Counted from the stretch's first letter, positions 38,699-48,361 are shown. The stretch: 64,000 nucleotides of DNA from Candidatus Methylacidiphilales bacterium (GCA_038250235.1 JBBSCO010000003.1:18761-82760); one strand, 5' to 3'. The notes: generated by a model not told the origin, from the letters alone. Translations and numbers: made by a program.

Positions 38699-40516
38699 CT
38701 AACCAACGTCAATCCCTTGCAACTCCGCACTTCCCTGTGTGTGAAAAGCCTGGAAACACCGCAACCCTTCCTCACCCATGAATTTTTTCAGAAGTGCGGG
38801 ATCGCTCTGGCAGAGATCCACCATGATCAACCCGTCCCAGACGTCGGAAAAGGCCTTGTCTTCGTTGAAACACAGAATCTTCGCATTCATTTTCCAGTAG
38901 TGCCTGAGCAGGACGGGAATACCCCGGCTCCCGTCCTCGATTTCCGTTACCAGCGCAGAAACGTCCTCCACCTTCCAGGCAAACTCGCGTATTCGTCCAG
39001 CTTTCAGTCCCGGCGAATGGCGTTGGCGGGGAGGACTTTCTGCAGTGACCAAACGAGCCAGGGCATCACCGGGGTTTTCCTGAAAAAACTGCACCATCAG
39101 ATTGCGGGAAAGCGCATGATAATCCCGGCTGATACTGACCGGCCCCAGCAATGTGCGATAACGCGGGTGGCGGCAAACAAAGGTTCCGATGCCTTTCCAG
39201 AGGAGAAAAAGGGGATGAACTTTTTTCTGATATTCCGAACAGATAAACGAACGGCCCAGTTCAATGGAAGGGCCCAGGTGCCGGAGAAACCCAGGCTTAT
39301 AATTGAAAAGAGTAGAAGTATAAAGACCTTTGCGTCCGCGTTTCTCCAGGATCTGATCCACCAGAGCCAGCCGGTAGGCCCCAGCAATCTGCTGAGTGAC
39401 CTCGTTCCACAAAAACAGATGTAGATAGTCCTGGTCAAACCCATCCGTATCACAGGATCCTCCCGTGCCCTCACCCGCCTCCCGAAAGGTTTTTTCGCGC
39501 AGCCTTGAGATTTCGCTGAGACAAAATGGAATCTGGCAAGCCGATGCCACAAGCACCGAGAACCCCGCCTGATGAAAGAGCAGGCAGGAAGCCGGAAGCC
39601 CCTCCACCTCCTCCCGGAGTTTCACGGAAGAAATGGCAGGGATCAACGGCTGCGGGGCCATTCGGGTCTGCAAAAGCGTGTCCTCACGCCAAAGTCCGCT
39701 TCTTTTTTGTTCAACATAAACACGGAACCGCAAAAATTCCGTGAGTGAGGCATCCGAATCGAATTCCGCTATCCGCTCGGGAGGGAGCGCCCGGCCACAG
39801 TATGCCCTTGTGATTTTTCCAGAAGCGCGGAAAACCTCCCCAGGTAGAAGCAGAGTCCGCAGGACGGGGTGGATCATTCCAGCGATTTGAAAAAAACAAC
39901 TGTTCCTGCCTTCAAAATAAACCGGCAGAACAGCAGAGCCTGTGCGCCGTGCCAAGGAAGCGGCATGCGTGCTCCATTCCGGATCTGTAACCGTCAACTC
40001 CCGGTTGCTCCAATGTGAAACTGCACCTGCCGGGAAAACCACCAGGCAACCTCCCTGGCGCAGCCAACGCAATGCTTCTTTCATGGAAGAAGCATTGCGC
40101 GAGGCGGAACCGGGCCCATCAAACGGATCCACGGGAATCATCCACGGCCGTATTTCAGGCATCCGCATTAACAAATGATTGGCCAGAAAACGGATGTCTC
40201 TCCGGACCAGAAGCAGAAAACTCCCAAGCACAAAGGCCTCCCGAGCTCCAAAGGGATGATTGGCCACCACGATCAAAGGACCCCGGGCGGGAACACGCAA
40301 CACGTCACCTTCCGGAATCTCCGGAACGACTCCTGCGGCCTGAAGGCCTGCATGGAAAAAATCCTCCCCCTTCGCACAGCGCTTCGCGATTTCAGCGTGG
40401 CAGTTGTTAAGAAGATCAAAGGCCAGTATCCTCTCAATCAAGCCCGCCACGGGACGGGGAATAGAAAGCGATCCCAACCCCCGCGACAGATCTATCAACG
40501 GCTCACATGAAGACAT
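38699..40516 (-). CDS. PlsC-like acyltransferase + GNAT fusion (OlsF-like / putative hemolysin)
   Basis: VANHPFG, VFPAGAVS; RLREKTFREAGEGTG, GAYRL, ELGRSF. Confidence 0.85.
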   Translation of the reverse strand: MSSCEPLIDLSRGLGSLSIPRPVAGLIERILAFDLLNNCHAEIAKRCAKGEDFFHAGLQAAGVVPEIPEGDVLRVPARGPLIVVANHPFGAREAFVLGSFLLLVRRDIRFLANHLLMRMPEIRPWMIPVDPFDGPGSASRNASSMKEALRWLRQGGCLVVFPAGAVSHWSNRELTVTDPEWSTHAASLARRTGSAVLPVYFEGRNSCFFQIAGMIHPVLRTLLLPGEVFRASGKITRAYCGRALPPERIAEFDSDASLTEFLRFRVYVEQKRSGLWREDTLLQTRMAPQPLIPAISSVKLREEVEGLPASCLLFHQAGFSVLVASACQIPFCLSEISRLREKTFREAGEGTGGSCDTDGFDQDYLHLFLWNEVTQQIAGAYRLALVDQILEKRGRKGLYTSTLFNYKPGFLRHLGPSIELGRSFICSEYQKKVHPLFLLWKGIGTFVCRHPRYRTLLGPVSISRDYHALSRNLMVQFFQENPGDALARLVTAESPPRQRHSPGLKAGRIREFAWKVEDVSALVTEIEDGSRGIPVLLRHYWKMNAKILCFNEDKAFSDVWDGLIMVDLCQSDPALLKKFMGEEGLRCFQAFHTQGSAELQGIDVG

Positions 40517-40637
40517 AAGCTCGATTGTTCCGGCCCTTCGCGCAAATGAAAGCAGTTTCATTTCTATGCCCACCTTAGTTTAACGGATTCGACGCCGGAT
40601 TGACATCAAAGTCCCGGCATTGCCTTGGAACGACGGG

Positions 40638-42074
40638 TCAATCCACGGGTTTCAAATGATCCAAGGACTGCACTTTGATCTGGGGTGCTCCGTTGTATTC
40701 CTCGACAAGGCCTCTTATCTGTATTTTCCGGCCCACAAAAACCATGAGATCGGGCTCTCCGAAACCTTCAGGGAAATCTTTGCTGAAAAAAACCAGACTC
40801 AGTGTTGATCTGAAATTTTCGGAAAAGTTCAGGTAAAAAATTGTTTCGTTTTTGTTTTTACCGACCCGGACCGGAACTCCTTCAAAGGAAGCCTCACGTC
40901 CCTTTGCAGCCAAAATGCCCTCCAGATCGAGTGGGTCCATCACCTGATCATGGACAACCAGAGCAGAACTTTCCTCCGCTTTTTCGCGCCGGGGCAGGGT
41001 ATCCTGGATAACAGAAACTGGCTCGGGGGGCGGAGCAGCCTGCGGCACGGGGAGCACGACGACGGGCTTTTCCGCCTTGTCACCAGCCTGCTGGAGCAAC
41101 AGCCACACGATCACGCCACAAACAGGCAGGACGACCAGCAAGGCCACGGATATCCATTTCAATGCGGCACTGGAATTTCCGCTCTTTTTACCAGACGCTT
41201 CGGCCCGAAGGACGGTTGTAGTGACCCTTGATGTATCCGACTCCAGAAGCTGCAGGGCCTCCCTGGCATTCTGTGGACGTTCCACGGGATCTCTAGCCAT
41301 TAACTGGTGCACCCATAAACACAATCCTGGACTGAGATCCGGCCTAAACTCATGGAGAGGGACAGGCACCCGATACAGGTGTGAAAAAAGAATCTGTTCG
41401 ATGCTGTCTGCGGCATGGGCCATTTTACCCGTCAGGGAATAATAGAAAACATTGCCCAACGCATAAAGGTCGGCCCGGCCGTCGATGGGCTCACGGGAAA
41501 ACTGTTCAGGTGCCATGAAATAAATCGATCCAAGAAGATTGTTGTCATGATCCGTTGTCTGGGGTTCCGGAGCCTTCTGGAATTTAGCCAGTCCGAAATC
41601 CAGGATTTTAGCCAAAAGCTCACCCGAAGCCCCCTGCTGCACCATGATGTTGGTGGGCTTGATGTCGCGGTGAATAATCCCCAACTCGTGGGCAGCACCG
41701 ATTCCGGCCAGGCATTGCCGGGCTATATCTTTGAAATCCCTTTCCGATAACAGAGTCAGTGAGGTCAGATCCTCCATCGTTTTCCCGTCGATATATTCCA
41801 TAACAAAAAAAGCACCTTCACTGTCTTCACCAAAATCAAAGAGGGTAATGATGTTGGGGTGCTGCAGGCTGGCTAACGCACGGGATTCCAACCAGCCATC
41901 GGAAGCTTTATCCAGGAATTCACCGTCCCGGTGAAGCCTCTTCACCGCCACGGGACGTTGCAACTGCTCGTCCACCCCATAAAACACCTGACCCAATCCC
42001 CCCGATCCAATCGGTTGCATGACCCGGTAACGGCCCAGGATCAGTGCATCCGGCATTTCTTTTTCAGTAGCCAC
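40638..42074 (-). CDS. Membrane Ser/Thr kinase with C-terminal OB-fold-like domain
   Basis: GSGGLG, VAVKRL, HRDIKPTN, DFG, MAPE; TM; YLNF...GRKIQIRGLVEEYNGAPQI. Confidence 0.92.
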   Translation of the reverse strand: MATEKEMPDALILGRYRVMQPIGSGGLGQVFYGVDEQLQRPVAVKRLHRDGEFLDKASDGWLESRALASLQHPNIITLFDFGEDSEGAFFVMEYIDGKTMEDLTSLTLLSERDFKDIARQCLAGIGAAHELGIIHRDIKPTNIMVQQGASGELLAKILDFGLAKFQKAPEPQTTDHDNNLLGSIYFMAPEQFSREPIDGRADLYALGNVFYYSLTGKMAHAADSIEQILFSHLYRVPVPLHEFRPDLSPGLCLWVHQLMARDPVERPQNAREALQLLESDTSRVTTTVLRAEASGKKSGNSSAALKWISVALLVVLPVCGVIVWLLLQQAGDKAEKPVVVLPVPQAAPPPEPVSVIQDTLPRREKAEESSALVVHDQVMDPLDLEGILAAKGREASFEGVPVRVGKNKNETIFYLNFSENFRSTLSLVFFSKDFPEGFGEPDLMVFVGRKIQIRGLVEEYNGAPQIKVQSLDHLKPVD

Positions 42075-42143
42075 AGGCCCCAGTCTGTCTGCGACATGTC
42101 ACAAATTCATGGCTGTTGTGTCGATTGTTGTTCATTGGAGAAA

Positions 42144-42806
42144 TTACAAAAACAAAGAACCCACCGTTTCAAGGCTTAATTCATCCAGACGGCCCACGGC
42201 CAGATCCGTTCCGGTAAGCTTGTCTATCGTATGGGTCGTGGCCACTCCGATCACTTTCATCCCTCCCGCCCTCCCGGCCTCGATACCAACAAAAGCGTCC
42301 TCAAACACCACACAGTTCTCAGGCGAACGTCCGGCCAGTGTGGCAGCTTTAAGAAAAACCTCGGGATCCGGTTTGCCTTTGCTCACATCTTCCGCCGAAA
42401 CAATCGCCTGAAAATAAGGTTCCATCCCCGTCTTTTCCAGGATTGTCGTGATGTTCAGTCTCTCGGTGGAAGACCCGATCACACATGGGATACCGGCATC
42501 TTTCAGCAGTCGAAGCCATGTGATTACTCCATGAAGGGGTTCCACCCCTTTTTCATCCACTAGACCACGGTAAAGCTGTTCTTTTCTACGCGAGATCCGG
42601 TCGATTTCAGAGATATCCTGCGTCCAGCCCAGCAATCCGGGAATAATCAGGGCATTCTTCATCCCGAAGCCTTTTTTGAAATGATCCGGAGGCAAACGTT
42701 TCTTTTCTTCAAGGGCCAGCAGTTCCCACGACTCCTCATGACGCCTGGAAGAGTCAATAATGACACCATCCCAGTCAAACAGGGCTGCCCATTTTATCGT
42801 GCTCAT
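42144..42806 (-). CDS. HAD phosphatase (beta-PGM-like)
   Basis: FDWDGVIIDS, GKPDPEVF, FEDA..GIEAG. Confidence 0.92.
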   Translation of the reverse strand: MSTIKWAALFDWDGVIIDSSRRHEESWELLALEEKKRLPPDHFKKGFGMKNALIIPGLLGWTQDISEIDRISRRKEQLYRGLVDEKGVEPLHGVITWLRLLKDAGIPCVIGSSTERLNITTILEKTGMEPYFQAIVSAEDVSKGKPDPEVFLKAATLAGRSPENCVVFEDAFVGIEAGRAGGMKVIGVATTHTIDKLTGTDLAVGRLDELSLETVGSLFL

Positions 42807-42934
42807 CCCCAGACTCTGGCCGCTGCCAAGCCTCAAGATCAAGTGGAGAAATCGTCGGGTCAGGATTATCTTGGGCCAATCCAGTCCGCTCCGCACACCT
42901 TTGACAACTCCTCCGAATGGTTTATTCTTTCCCC

Positions 42935-43615
42935 ATGAAAGTCATCTTCTACGGGCATTCCTGTTTTTCCGTCCAGGTCTCGGGCAAGACACTACTTTTT
43001 GACCCTTTCATCACCCCGAACAGTCTCGCCTCGCACATCGACATCTCATCCATCCCAGCCGACGTCATTCTGCTTTCCCATGCCCACTCCGATCATATTC
43101 ATGATTGCCTCGATATCGCCAAACGCACCAATGCACTGGTGATTGCAAGCTACGAACTCTATGTCTGGCTGACCAAAAACGGTATTGCCAATGCCCATCC
43201 CCTCAACCCAGGCGGCCAGTTTTCTTTTGATTTCGGTACGGTCAAGGCCGTGGCCGCTGTCCACTCCAGTTCCTTTCCCGATGGAAGCTACGGAGGCATC
43301 GCCTCAGGCTTTGTCATCGAGAGTTCGGAAGGCCGTTTCTATTACTCCGGAGACACGGCTCTCACCCACGATATGAAACTGATCTCGGAATCCCGACCCG
43401 TCCGCTTTGCAGCCCTGCCCATTGGCGATAACTTTACCATGGGCGCAGTGGACGCCACAAAGGCGGCGGTCTGGGTCGGCACGAAGAAAGTGCTGGGCCT
43501 TCACTACGACACCTTTCCTCCGATCAAACTGGACAAAACAGCGGCACGGGCCAGTTTTGAACAGTCCGGCATTGAACTTCACCTACCTGCCATCGGGCAG
43601 AGCATTGACCTGTGA
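42935..43615 (+). CDS. UPF0173 metal-dependent hydrolase (MBL fold)
   Basis: YGHSCF, SHAHSDH, SGDT, LPIGDNFTMG, HYDTF. Confidence 0.92.
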   Translation: MKVIFYGHSCFSVQVSGKTLLFDPFITPNSLASHIDISSIPADVILLSHAHSDHIHDCLDIAKRTNALVIASYELYVWLTKNGIANAHPLNPGGQFSFDFGTVKAVAAVHSSSFPDGSYGGIASGFVIESSEGRFYYSGDTALTHDMKLISESRPVRFAALPIGDNFTMGAVDATKAAVWVGTKKVLGLHYDTFPPIKLDKTAARASFEQSGIELHLPAIGQSIDL

Positions 43616-44151
43616 GCACACAATCCCCAACCCACACAAACCCACGCCATGCCTACCTGGGTGGAGGTTGTTTCTGGTGTACAGAAGCCCAATTCAAACT
43701 CCTGCCTGGAGTCCTGTCAGTAGTTTCCGGTTACGCCGGGGGAGAAAAGCCAAATCCCACGTATGAAGAGGTCTGTAGCGGCCGCAGCGGCCATGCGGAA
43801 ATCATCCGGGTGGACTATGATCCCGAAGTGCTGACTTATAAACAAGTACTTGAGAAATTCTGGGTCACGCACGACCCCACCACCCTGAACCGCCAAGGGA
43901 ACGATGTCGGAACCCAATACCGTTCGGTCATTTTTCACACCACCGGGGAAGAAAAAAAACAGGCTGAGGAATCCCTGTCACAGGCACGCCCACATTTCCA
44001 GGATCCGATCGTGACAGAAATCAGTCCTCTCCCGGTCTTTTATCCCGCAGAAGCCTATCACCAGGATTACTTCACCAACAACCCGGGCAACAGCTACTGC
44101 GCCTTCGTCGTCCGCCCCAAGGTGGAAAAATTCAAACACTATCTGATCTGA
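43612..44151 (+). CDS. msrA: Methionine sulfoxide reductase A
   Basis: GGGCFWC, GHAE, HDPT...QGNDVGTQYRS, AEAYHQDY. Confidence 0.97.
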   Translation: MSTQSPTHTNPRHAYLGGGCFWCTEAQFKLLPGVLSVVSGYAGGEKPNPTYEEVCSGRSGHAEIIRVDYDPEVLTYKQVLEKFWVTHDPTTLNRQGNDVGTQYRSVIFHTTGEEKKQAEESLSQARPHFQDPIVTEISPLPVFYPAEAYHQDYFTNNPGNSYCAFVVRPKVEKFKHYLI

Positions 44152-44153
44152 CT

Positions 44154-44969
44154 TCAGACCAGCACGATAGTGGGCGTTGCACGGTCAGGATAGGTCCGGT
44201 GAATCCGGACATGACTGACACCCATCTCCTGAAATTTTCTCAAGACAGCCGCTTCGGCCAATTCATGCCGGTTGCAGTCTTCGCTCAGATGACCCAGGAA
44301 CAGATCCTTCAGGCGCTCAGTCACTATCTGCCCAACAACTTCCGCAGCGGCTTCATTGGAAAGATGCCCGTGTCTGGCCAGAATACGCTGCTTGACCGAC
44401 CATGGCCGCTTGGTGTCCGCTTTTAAAAGTTCCAGATCGTGGTTGGCTTCCAGCACCAGAACATCCGCCAGTCTCACCCGCTCAACCACCAGTTTGGTGG
44501 CATATCCCAGATCCGTCAAAAAACCCACGGTCCGCAATCCATCCGAAAACGTATACCCCACCGGCTCATAGGCATCATGAGGAATCGGAAAAGTCACAAC
44601 CCGCAGGGAGCCCAGGACAAAAGTGCCGCCCGTTTCAAACAGTTGCCAGTTCGCGTAGCTTCCGAGATCCTTCTGTAATGAATCAGCAGTCAGTTTGTTA
44701 GAATAGACAGGAATGTTCTTGCGCCGGGCCAACACCGGCAGCCCCATCGTGTGGTCGGAATGCTCATGGGTCAGAAAAACAGCCCGTATCTCTTCCAGAC
44801 TTCTCCCCAAGGCCTGAAGCCGCTCGCTGATTTTTTTTCCGCTCAAACCCGCATCCACCAGATAGGCCTCTGCGCCCAGTTCCAGAAGAGCACAGTTCCC
44901 ACTGCTTCCACTGGCCAGGATCGTCAGACGAAATGCTGTGCTCCCGTCTATTTCCAATCTTTCATCCAT
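44154..44969 (-). CDS. MBL-fold metallohydrolase (YycJ/WalJ-like)
   Basis: LASGSSGN, THEHSDH, PHDA, LEANHD, GHLSN. Confidence 0.92.
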   Translation of the reverse strand: MDERLEIDGSTAFRLTILASGSSGNCALLELGAEAYLVDAGLSGKKISERLQALGRSLEEIRAVFLTHEHSDHTMGLPVLARRKNIPVYSNKLTADSLQKDLGSYANWQLFETGGTFVLGSLRVVTFPIPHDAYEPVGYTFSDGLRTVGFLTDLGYATKLVVERVRLADVLVLEANHDLELLKADTKRPWSVKQRILARHGHLSNEAAAEVVGQIVTERLKDLFLGHLSEDCNRHELAEAAVLRKFQEMGVSHVRIHRTYPDRATPTIVLV

Positions 44970-45032
44970 AAGTTCAACCCCTTCCTCTGCTTTTAGACAG
45001 TGTCATGGCAGAGCATTCCTCGGCAAAAAATA

Positions 45033-45047
45033 TGGCATAGATCATGC
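45033..45047 (+). promoter_or_regulatory. sigma54 binding site upstream of rpoN
   Basis: TGGCATAGATCATGC (GG-N10-GC), 38 nt before the rpoN ATG. Confidence 0.65.
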
Positions 45048-45085
45048 TTGTGTTTATTTGTCTCCGCCCGCTAAGATAGTAGCCG

Positions 45086-46477
45086 ATGGCAGGAATCGGA
45101 CTACAGCAGAATATCAGCCTCTCACAGACGCTGTCACCCCAAATGCAGCAATCCCTGCATTTCCTGCAGGCTCCCATCATGGAACTGCGCACCCTGCTTC
45201 AGCAGGAAATGGAAACCAACCCTGTCCTGGAAGAAAAAACACCAGAACCCGAACAGGAGGAAGACGACGATTGGGACGCCGAAGTTGCAGATCTCCAGCA
45301 ACAGGGCGAGGAATGGAAAGAGTACTTTTCCCAGACCAATCGCAGCGGCATTTCAAGCGAGGAAGCACAAAAAAAGCGCGACTTTCTTTTTGAATCCCAA
45401 ATCGAGCAGGAAAGCCTCACCGACCACCTGATCGGTCAACTGCTTTTGGGGACCTCCTCCGAGGACATGCAGAAGGCTGGCGAAGAAATCATCGGAAACC
45501 TGGATGAAGACGGTTTCCTAAAAGCCTCTCTGGAAGAAATCCGGATTGCAACAAGCCTTTCCGCCCATACCGTCGAGGCCGCGTTGAAGCTGGTTCAAAG
45601 TTTCCATCCTCCGGGAATAGCAGCCCTCAACCTGAGCGAAACACTTCTGATCCAACTGCAACAGCGGGGGCGGGGAGATGGGCTGGAAGCCCTCCTGGTC
45701 AGCGAAGAACTGGATCGCATGGGCCGTAAACGTTACGCGGAGTTGGCCCGGAAATACAAAGTTTCACCCGAGCGTATCACAGAAGCCGCAACCTATATCG
45801 GACAGCTTCAACCACGCCCCGGCTCCGCCTACTCCCCCGAACAGACCCAGAATGTAGTCCAGGCCGAGGCCAGCTTCATCCGCGTCAATGATGAATGGAC
45901 TGTCAACCTCAATGAAGATCCCGTTCCCCGCCTGAAAATAAGTGACACCTATAAAGATCTTTTAGGCCAATCCCTTTCCGACAAAAACCTGAAAGAATAC
46001 CTGAGGGAACGCATCCGGGCAGGGAAGTTCATGATCAAATGCCTGCACCAGCGGCAACAGACCATTGAAAACATTCTCAAGGAAATCGCCAAACGGCAGA
46101 CCGAATTTTTGAGCAATGGAATCAGCCTTCTCAAACCCCTGACCATGAGCCAGGTGGCCGATGCCGTAGGAGTACATGAAACCACGGTCAGCCGGGCGGT
46201 TGCCAATAAATACATCCAGACCCCGTGGGGCGTCTTTCCCATGAAATTTTTCTTCACTTCAGGCTACAGAACCAGCGAGGGCGAAAGCATGTCGAATACC
46301 AGCATCAAGGACGCCATCGGTGAACTGGTCAATCGCGAGGATCAAAGCAAGCCTTTGTCCGACTCCGAAATCGTGGAAATTCTAAAAGAACGTGGCATCG
46401 ATTTGGCCCGCCGCACCGTGGCCAAATACAGGGCGGAATTAAACATTCTCCCTTCAAATCTCCGCCGATGCGGCTGA
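45086..46477 (+). CDS. rpoN: RNA polymerase sigma-54 factor
   Basis: Q-rich region I, VHETTVSRA HTH, RpoN box ARRTVAKYR. Confidence 0.98.
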   Translation: MAGIGLQQNISLSQTLSPQMQQSLHFLQAPIMELRTLLQQEMETNPVLEEKTPEPEQEEDDDWDAEVADLQQQGEEWKEYFSQTNRSGISSEEAQKKRDFLFESQIEQESLTDHLIGQLLLGTSSEDMQKAGEEIIGNLDEDGFLKASLEEIRIATSLSAHTVEAALKLVQSFHPPGIAALNLSETLLIQLQQRGRGDGLEALLVSEELDRMGRKRYAELARKYKVSPERITEAATYIGQLQPRPGSAYSPEQTQNVVQAEASFIRVNDEWTVNLNEDPVPRLKISDTYKDLLGQSLSDKNLKEYLRERIRAGKFMIKCLHQRQQTIENILKEIAKRQTEFLSNGISLLKPLTMSQVADAVGVHETTVSRAVANKYIQTPWGVFPMKFFFTSGYRTSEGESMSNTSIKDAIGELVNREDQSKPLSDSEIVEILKERGIDLARRTVAKYRAELNILPSNLRRCG

Positions 46478-47095
46478 AAACGGGTCAGAACCGGCTTTAA
46501 TCCGGATTAATTGGTGGCCGTGAACGCCTTTTTCAGCTCAATTTCACCCCAGAATCTAAAGGCTCTAACAATTTTCAGGGATGCCTGATGCCTCCGTTTC
46601 ACACATTCCTTGTGCCGGAAGAATCATACGCCCCATTATTTTCACGCTCCCTCGACGCGAAAATGTCTGCTCCAGGCACTACCGAAAATCCCGTAAAGCC
46701 TGTTTCCATAGGGAACAAAAAAGCAATTCGCGGACGATGAGCTCACTAAAACCACCAAATTTTCCGCCGGCGACAAAAAAAGATGAAAAAACTTTCGAAG
46801 GGTTTTGCCCCATTTATTATAATTCACCTTCTCATTTCATTACAAGCTCACTCTAGAGAAGTTGGCCTACTTTCATTGTTGAATTCGTAAATATCATTAG
46901 TTTTCATCGCTTAATTTATCCTTCATTTTTTATTAAGCATGTTTCTTGTTCATATTTTTGCGTAAAAACTCGGAAACTATTTCGTAAAAAATGTTTGACG
47001 CAAATGCAAACTAATCGTAATCACTTGATTGTGATAAACATGAAATGCCAACACCCTGTGTGTGGTAAATATTTTCGAAAGGGGGTGATTTAATC

Positions 47096-47176
47096 ATGGC
47101 CGTTAAAAAGAAAGCAGTTAAGAAAGCAGTTAAGAAGGCAGCCCCCAAAAAGAAAGTCGCTAAGAAAAAGAAGTAA
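47096..47176 (+). CDS. 26-aa Lys/Ala-rich histone-H1-like peptide (MAVKKKAVKKAVKKAAPKKKVAKKKK)
   Basis: Manual translation; strong SD AAGGGGGTGA; own terminator; not in ORF track. Confidence 0.8.
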   Translation: MAVKKKAVKKAVKKAAPKKKVAKKKK

Positions 47177-47193
47177 TTAGCGCCACTACCTTT

Positions 47194-47228
47194 GAAGGCG
47201 GAGAGTATAACTCTCCGCCTTCTTTTTT
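47194..47228 (+). terminator. Intrinsic terminator
   Basis: Perfect 12-bp stem GAAGGCGGAGAG/CTCTCCGCCTTC then T6. Confidence 0.9.
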
Positions 47229-47338
47229 GTATCAAAACACCTGCCAATTTGACGGGTCTTCAAATTGCAAGTTTTTTCGCTTAAATTCTTGACCCCATCC
47301 GCTGTATGTCCTATTGATAGAAGTCCCCTATATGTTGT

Positions 47339-47788
47339 ATGCGCTGCCCCAAGTGTAATTCGGTCGAAGACCGGGTGATTGACTCCCGCCCCTGGAAAGA
47401 TGGTGCGGTCATCCGACGACGCCGCGAATGTCTTACCTGCGCCCACCGTTTCACAACATATGAACAGATTGAGAGAGAAGATCTCCGCGTGGTTAAGCGC
47501 GATGGACGCTACGAACCGTTCGAACGCAAGAAACTTCTTGGTGGCCTGCTCAAAGCCTGCGAGAAACGTCCGATCAGCCGTGAAGTTATTGAAGAAGCCA
47601 CAGACCGTGTCATTGATGAACTGGAAAAAAAATTCGAAGGTGAAATTCCCACCACTGAAATCGGGGAAGCTTTAATGCGCACTCTCCGCCAACTGGACGA
47701 AGTGGCTTACGTGCGCTTCGCCTCCGTTTACCGGAAATTCAAAGACATCAACGAATTCGTCAACGAAGTCCAGAACCTGCAACCCTGA
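47339..47788 (+). CDS. nrdR: Transcriptional repressor NrdR
   Basis: MRCPKC...RRRRECLTC..RFTTYE; ATP cone; VAYVRFASVY. Confidence 0.98.
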   Translation: MRCPKCNSVEDRVIDSRPWKDGAVIRRRRECLTCAHRFTTYEQIEREDLRVVKRDGRYEPFERKKLLGGLLKACEKRPISREVIEEATDRVIDELEKKFEGEIPTTEIGEALMRTLRQLDEVAYVRFASVYRKFKDINEFVNEVQNLQP

Positions 47789-47789
47789 T

Positions 47790-48341
47790 ATGATCGCCCT
47801 ACCCCAGGATCTACCTTTGGTCGAATGGCAGAAGCGGCGTAATGTCCCCCTTTCCGAAGGATGGCTGGCCGAATCCATCCAGACTTCCGCCACCAAAGCG
47901 GGCATGGATCACTGGTATTGGACAGACGACGTCGCCAAGGCCATCAGCTATTACCTGCAATCAGAATTCGACGGAACGCTGATCACACCCGATCAACTAC
48001 AGATATTGATCAAAAAATCCCTGCGAAGCATCGGGTATCCGGAAATTGCCAAGACACTCACCATCGTGGGCCCCAGAGTCAGCATCCACCTGAACGAGAT
48101 TGCCTCCCGGTCAAATCACGAACTTATTTTCTTTGGACTGCTTCAGGAAAGGCTGGATGAGGCGAGGACCGTTCGTGTGCGCGGGATAAAACTCGAAGGT
48201 CTCCGCTCCAGCGTGAAAATTCTGGAGAACCGCCCGCGCTGGCAGTCCAGTTGCCAAAATCTGAGTGACGAAATCGTGAGCTACACCAGGATCCACCTGC
48301 AACGCTGGGAAAAGCATCCGGTTGAGCTTTTGATTCAGTAA
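47790..48341 (+). CDS. Hypothetical protein coupled to nrdR, possible divergent ATP-cone
   Basis: Starts 1 nt after the nrdR stop; helix pattern like an ATP cone. Confidence 0.75.
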   Translation: MIALPQDLPLVEWQKRRNVPLSEGWLAESIQTSATKAGMDHWYWTDDVAKAISYYLQSEFDGTLITPDQLQILIKKSLRSIGYPEIAKTLTIVGPRVSIHLNEIASRSNHELIFFGLLQERLDEARTVRVRGIKLEGLRSSVKILENRPRWQSSCQNLSDEIVSYTRIHLQRWEKHPVELLIQ

Positions 48342-48361
48342 CGTGTTTTTCCACCCACCTT

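Noticed and set aside
46478..47095. AT-rich region as oriC
   Set aside because: No clear TTATCCACA-type DnaA box cluster and no dnaA/dnaN nearby
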